Positions 62,781-64,000 of a stretch of DNA of 64,000 bases are shown here, piece after piece. Both the position numbers and the translations under genes were made by a program. The notes under the pieces were generated by a model. The model searched no databases, was not told the origin of the DNA, and saw nothing but the letters and a program-made list of their open reading frames with translations. Source of the stretch: Candidatus Latescibacterota bacterium. GTDB taxonomy: Bacteria > Latescibacterota > UBA2968 > GCA-2709665. Position 1 is the first letter of the stretch. The number at the start of each line of letters is the position of its first letter. Where the stretch lies: contig CBDDDZ010000005.1 in assembly GCA_965226795.1 (NCBI GenBank), positions 2,304,001 through 2,368,000 of the forward strand, written 5' to 3'.

Positions 62781-63410
62781 TCAGTCGCTTTCCTTCAACA
62801 GCATCCTCAGTTCGGGGAGCAGTTTCTTTGGGAGACCCGGGTCGGTCCCGTCGAAGTACGCCCGAACCCGCCCCTTTTTGTCCACCAGTGCAAAGCGCAG
62901 GCTGTGCATAATCTGGTCGGTGCCCTCTTCCACGCCACCCACGCCCAGTTGAAATCCCTCGCGAATAACACTGTACACCCTGGCCTTGTCGCCCGTCAGA
63001 AACAGCCAGCGATCCTCATCTGCGAGGTAACGATCCGCGTACTCCGAAAGCGCGCCCGGCGTATCCCGCTCCGGATCCACCGAAAACGACACCAACCGTG
63101 CATCCGGCATCTCCTTCAGCGGCGCCTGAAGCGCCTGCATCTGTGCCGAAAGCAATGGACAAGGGCCCGCACAATGGGTGAAGATGAAATCCGCGACCCA
63201 GACCCGGCCCAGCAAGTCCGAAAGCGCGACGTCCGTCCCGCTGCGTTCCACGAGCATGAAATCCGGTACGTTGCCCAGAACCGGCAGCCGCGACTGCGCC
63301 CGTATCGCCTTGACTTCGCGCAAAAACAGAAACGCCCCCACCGTCAGCATCAACAGCGTTGCGCCTATCAGCACCAACCAGAAAACACGAACCTGTTTTG
63401 GTACGCCCAT
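62781..63410 (-). CDS. SCO-family copper chaperone
   Basis: FTHCAGPCP, VDPERDTP, FLTG, H. Confidence 0.92.
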   Translation of the reverse strand: MGVPKQVRVFWLVLIGATLLMLTVGAFLFLREVKAIRAQSRLPVLGNVPDFMLVERSGTDVALSDLLGRVWVADFIFTHCAGPCPLLSAQMQALQAPLKEMPDARLVSFSVDPERDTPGALSEYADRYLADEDRWLFLTGDKARVYSVIREGFQLGVGGVEEGTDQIMHSLRFALVDKKGRVRAYFDGTDPGLPKKLLPELRMLLKESD

Positions 63411-63415
63411 CGTGT

Positions 63416-64000
63416 TTATCGTGCTCCTTCCCGTCGCCTGATCACACCCATGGAAATGCCCAACGTCAACAGAACGAACAGGCACGTCACAAGAAGACAC
63501 GCCTCCAGCGACGGAACCCGCCCCGTCAATTCAGGCGCCTCCATATAAAGAGTATGCCGAACCCCCGCGACGCCGTACGTCAGCGGATTTATCCGCATCA
63601 CCCAACCGAGCCATTCCGGCACGCCCGAAAGCGGAAACAACGCCCCCGAAAGCGCCCACATAGGTAACAGGAACAGATTCATAATCGCATGGAACCCCGC
63701 CGTGGACGCCATTCGCCACGCGATTGCAAAACCAAGACCCGTTAGCGCCAAGCCAACCAGAAACAGAAACCCCACCGTTGCGGCGAGAGAGACAGGGCTG
63801 ACCGGGATGTTCAGCTGATAGACGAACAGCAGGAACACCACCCCTTCCAGCACCGCCAATGTCGTACCCCCCAGTACCTTTCCGAGAACCACGGCGCTCA
63901 GGGAAACCGGAGCGACCAGCACGGATTGCATAAACCCTTCTCGCCGGTCCTCGACGACCGAAATCGTCGAGAAAATAGCGGTAAAGAGCAACACCATAAG
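63416..64000 (-). CDS. ABC-2 type transporter permease (partial, runs off the window)
   Basis: DRREGF...LVAP, LSGALFP, NPLTYG. Confidence 0.88.
   Translation of the reverse strand, partial: LMVLLFTAIFSTISVVEDRREGFMQSVLVAPVSLSAVVLGKVLGGTTLAVLEGVVFLLFVYQLNIPVSPVSLAATVGFLFLVGLALTGLGFAIAWRMASTAGFHAIMNLFLLPMWALSGALFPLSGVPEWLGWVMRINPLTYGVAGVRHTLYMEAPELTGRVPSLEACLLVTCLFVLLTLGISMGVIRRREGAR

Overview
Positions ~1-55.8 kb form one long array of short, almost all minus-strand ORFs. They are separated by about 30 related, imperfectly palindromic sites (TAAC...CGAAC-hairpin-GTTGC...GTGTTA on the + strand, mostly 65-150 bp). The array ends at a tyrosine recombinase gene (55948-57080, minus strand, one frameshift), followed by ordinary chromosomal genes (PG-binding protein, PolB, flippase, lipoprotein, SCO, ABC-2 permease). 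The layout is integron-like but not canonical. The recombinase lacks the IntI-specific insertion, carries an extra N-terminal domain, and is co-oriented with and upstream of the cassettes. The apparent insertion site lies ~130 bp downstream of its stop codon. Many cassettes are bounded by 13-20 bp terminal inverted repeats with a conserved G.T pair at position 11 on the + strand, and the sites carry c(GNA)g mini-hairpins on the same strand; both features point to single-stranded DNA folding. A second, truncated copy of the recombinase 3' end and insertion site lies at 37.9-38.3 kb. The array is decaying: it contains IS21, IS1380 and IS3 insertions, two TA modules with dead toxins, many truncated genes, and duplicated high-GC host-like gene blocks. 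Protein calls come from recognising motifs by eye, with no database searches.
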